Shown here piece by piece: positions 61,364 to 64,000 of a stretch of DNA of 64,000 nucleotides. The number at the start of each line of letters is the position of its first letter. Positions within the stretch are counted from its first letter, which is position 1. The translations under genes were made by a program, and so were the position numbers. The notes beneath the pieces are model-generated. The model was given only the letters and a program-made list of their open reading frames with translations. It was not told the DNA's origin and did no database searches. Source of the stretch: Opitutia bacterium (GTDB taxonomy: Bacteria > Verrucomicrobiota > Verrucomicrobiia > Opitutales > T3Sed10-336); contig JBJHCF010000023.1 in NCBI GenBank assembly GCA_050506795.1, positions 1 through 64,000 on the forward strand, given 5' to 3'.

Positions 61364-62415
61364 TTATGGGGCGATTTCTTCAACGACCAATCGGAGAAAG
61401 AGGGCGTCGTGATCCTTTGCGGCGACTGCGGCAGTGCGCATTCCGTCGGCGTCGGGCGTGGAGAGAGTGACCTCGGCGGCGTCCCAGTCGATCAGGTTTG
61501 TGCTGACTTCCACGGCGTAGTTAAGGCCGGATTGATCGCCGAAGAAGCTCATGCTCAAATGGCCTGCGGCGAACACGGCTTGAGGCATGTGTGCTCTCAA
61601 ATTCTCCCGGGGATCAAGGTTCAGGGCGTAAGCCATCAGCAGGCCCACGCCATCGCCGTTTAAATCTGTCGCCGGGCCGGTGTAGGCGGCTGACAAAACC
61701 TGTGCATTGACGAGCCAATCAGTGAAGGGGCGGGCTTGGCCGAGATTCAGCGCCGGATATCCTTTCCAGGTTGGCGAGGTGAAGCTTGCGGCCGCCCCGT
61801 CAAAGTAAAATATCGAAAACGCGGATGCGGTGTCGGCGAATACTCCGGATGCCATGGAAGGTGCGTTACCTTGGAAGACGGCGCGTTCGAGGTTTGAGCA
61901 GCCGCTAAAGGCCGCGTAGCCGATAGAGGCGACGCCGTCGGGGATCACCACGCTGGTGAGGTTCGTGGAGTCTTGGAAGGCTCCATGATCGCCCTCGGTG
62001 TGTAGATGATCTCCGGCTCCAATAATGGTGACGCTGTCGGGGATCGTGTAGGAGCTATCGGTTTTTCCCTGCGGATATCGAAGGAGGATTGTTTGGCTGA
62101 CGTCAAACAAGACCCCCGCCACGCTGCTGAAGCGGGAATTGGCCGGATCGACATTAATGCTGGTAAGGTTCGTGCAGCCGTCAAAGGCGTGGCTTCCGAT
62201 GGAGGTGACGCTGTTGGGAATCTCCAAGGTGTTGAGATTCGTGGCGTCTTCGAAGGCCCACTTTTCGATGGAGGTGACGCTGTCGGGGATTGTATAGAAG
62301 GCATCGGTTTTTCCCGGTGGATATTGAAGGAGGACTGTTTGGTTGCCGTTAAACCACAAGCCCGACACGCTACTGAAGTGGGAACTGCCCGGATCGACAT
62401 CAATGTTGGTGAAGC
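61364..62415 (-). pseudogene. 5'-truncated BspA-type leucine-rich-repeat (LRR_5) surface protein
   Basis: Repeats such as IPDSVTSIEKWAF, IPNSVTSIGSHAFDGCTNLTSI and F.GNAP. Upstream in-frame sequence is REP/short-repeat DNA with no signal peptide. Ends YAVEVSTNLIDW...LFLRL. Confidence 0.75.
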
Positions 62416-62461
62416 CTGGTTCCGATTCCGGGGATCGGGTGGTTTGTCGGCCGGTTGGAGA

Positions 62462-62675
62462 CGCCGTCTGAAGAGCGGCGCTACGGTTGAGCGACCGCAG
62501 GGAGCGGACATGGAAGCTATTGTGGAGGCTAAGCCTCGGATCCGGATTTATAACCACGAAGGACTCGAAGGACACGAAGGACACGAAGGAGGATGTTATG
62601 GCGGGCAGGATGCCCGCGTTCCCAGTCACCTCGCCCCTCGTCCCACGTCCCACGCCCCTCTCCCCACGCCCCTCA
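62462..62675. repeat. Cluster of REP-like and short tandem repeats
   Basis: Inverted GTAGCGCCGCTCTTCAGACGGCG (62462-62484), 9-mer CACGAAGGA repeats (~62555-62590), GCGGGCAGGATGCCCGCGTTCCCA (62601-62624) and degenerate heptamers. Confidence 0.6.
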
Positions 62676-63437
62676 AGGCCCGCCGCCGAGGTACAGGGCC
62701 TGCAGGGCGGGGGCGTTTTTCAGGTCTTCGGAGGTGCCCTCCAGGGCCACTTTACCGTTTTCCATCACCAGGCCGCGGTCGGCGACGGCCAACGCCTGCT
62801 TTGCGTTTTGCTCGACCAGCAGGATCGTCAGGCCTTCCTTCTCCCGGATCTCTCGGACGATGCGAAAGACCTCCTTGACCAGCAGCGGAGAGAGGCCCAT
62901 CGACGGCTCGTCGAGGAGCAGCATCTTCGGCCGCGCCATCAGCCCGCGTCCGATCACCAGCATCTGCTGCTCGCCGCCCGACAAATAGCCGGCCTTCAGA
63001 TTCAGCCGCTCGACCAGCCGCGGAAAATAGCCGAGGACCCGATCGATGTCCTCGCGGATCGCCCGCATGTCCCGGCGGCTGAAGGCGCCCATTTTCAAGT
63101 TCTCCTCGACGGTCAGATCGGGAAAGACGAAGCGCCCTTCCATGACGTGCATCGCACCGAGGCGCACCATCTGACGGGCCGGGGCGCCGGTCACGTCGCG
63201 ACCGCCCAGTCGCACGCTCCCCTCGGAGATCGCTCCCCGCTCGGACTTCAGCATGCCCGAGATCGATTTCAGCAGGGTCGATTTTCCCGCGCCGTTGGCT
63301 CCGAGGATCGCGACAAACTCGCCTTCCCGGACCGCAAGCCCGACCCCATGGAGCACCCGCACCACCTGGTTGTAGGCGACGTGCAGGTTCTCGATCTCCA
63401 GGAAAGGGACCGGCGGCCGGTCGGAGTCGGACCTCAT
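62673..63437 (-). CDS. livF: ABC transporter ATP-binding protein (LivF-like)
   Basis: Walker A GANGAGKST, signature LSGGEQQM, Walker B LLLDEPSMGL and LLVEQN. Confidence 0.92.
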   Translation of the reverse strand: MRSDSDRPPVPFLEIENLHVAYNQVVRVLHGVGLAVREGEFVAILGANGAGKSTLLKSISGMLKSERGAISEGSVRLGGRDVTGAPARQMVRLGAMHVMEGRFVFPDLTVEENLKMGAFSRRDMRAIREDIDRVLGYFPRLVERLNLKAGYLSGGEQQMLVIGRGLMARPKMLLLDEPSMGLSPLLVKEVFRIVREIREKEGLTILLVEQNAKQALAVADRGLVMENGKVALEGTSEDLKNAPALQALYLGGGP

Positions 63438-64000
63438 CAGCGCTCCAGAGTATTGTCCCAAATCTTGACCCACTCCCCCTCCTGCACCTGGTAAATCGGC
63501 ACGTTCATGCTCGGGCGGTGGTCATCCTCGAAAAAGCTTACCGGCGGGATCAGGCCGCCCGGCGAGAAGTCCCGCAAGGTGTAAAACATTTGCCGAAGGT
63601 TTTCCCCGGTGATCTCCAGGTCCTCGTCAATCGCGCGACCGATCACCTCGGCGGCAAGCAGCGCCTGGGCCCATCCGCGGATGTAGTGGGTATCCGGTGA
63701 CGAATAGTTCGCGGCCATAATAGCCTCCATCGCCGATGCGCTCTCATCCCCGTAGGAAACACTCCCATAGAGCGCCAGGTGCCCTTCCGCATCCTCGCCG
63801 GCATTGCGAATAAACGCCTCATCCCCGGCGTAGATGTTCCCGATCAACACGCCATCGCTTCCCTGCCGGGCGAGGTCGCGGGCGAGCACACTCATCGCGG
63901 CATTCGTGTTGCCCATCCAGATGTGCGTGGCGCCGGCGTTCCGGAACGCCAGGCTTTGCTGGACCGCGTCGGTGGGCGTGTAGCCGATATCCTCCTCGGC
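63437..64000 (-). CDS. ABC transporter substrate-binding protein (Leu/Ile/Val-binding-like fold), 5' part outside the window
   Basis: Open frame runs to the window edge; YIRGWAQALLAAE...ITGENLR...PPVSF..DDHRP; its stop overlaps the livF-like start. Confidence 0.8.
   Translation of the reverse strand, partial: AEEDIGYTPTDAVQQSLAFRNAGATHIWMGNTNAAMSVLARDLARQGSDGVLIGNIYAGDEAFIRNAGEDAEGHLALYGSVSYGDESASAMEAIMAANYSSPDTHYIRGWAQALLAAEVIGRAIDEDLEITGENLRQMFYTLRDFSPGGLIPPVSFFEDDHRPSMNVPIYQVQEGEWVKIWDNTLER

Noticed and set aside
60722..61663. 313-aa ORF as a novel BlaI fusion protein
   Set aside because: Only 55 codons are BlaI-like. The rest reads through repeat DNA and the antisense strand of the LRR gene.

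Overview
A GC-rich 64 kb accessory region, very probably from a PVC-superphylum bacterium (Verrucomicrobiota, Opitutales-like). This is inferred from a PEP-CTERM protein, a PVC-type CxxCH heme protein and DUF1559-like pilin paralogues. The left half holds an AsmA-like protein, ferritin, a small island of secreted/PEP-CTERM genes, and a pentose-glycan cluster (GH39, two GH51, GH43) interleaved with redox proteins (Tat-exported Gfo/Idh/MocA, heme-c propeller protein, ThuA-like, cupredoxin fusion). The right half holds large secreted proteins, PPK2, a zinc protease, a polysaccharide deacetylase, a tryptophanase/tyrosine phenol-lyase family enzyme, a TPR protein and the end of a Liv-type ABC operon. 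There are two PIN-type toxin-antitoxin modules (12.3 kb and 42.2 kb). I see no rRNA, tRNA, CRISPR, transposase or reverse transcriptase. The most notable observations are: (1) a 1454-aa surface protein with three FGE-type C-type-lectin domains whose C-terminal 37 codons vary in a DGR-like pattern, with no template repeat or RT in the window; (2) a nested non-autonomous mobile element at 24.2-24.8 kb, where an IS4-type MITE with a 10-bp TSD contains a REP, hit by a second MITE with a 6-bp TSD, which carries a REPIN; (3) a duplicated two-gene pilin-like cassette with reciprocal in-frame internal deletions; (4) a shared S-x-D-L-x-x-W...F(Y/L)R terminal module on four unrelated secreted proteins; (5) a 105-bp REP-doublet tandem array; (6) separated relics of a BlaI/BlaR1 system with an intact operator; and (7) a single-base frameshift in a choice-of-anchor-L-like gene. 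All domain calls come from motif recognition by eye, not from database searches.
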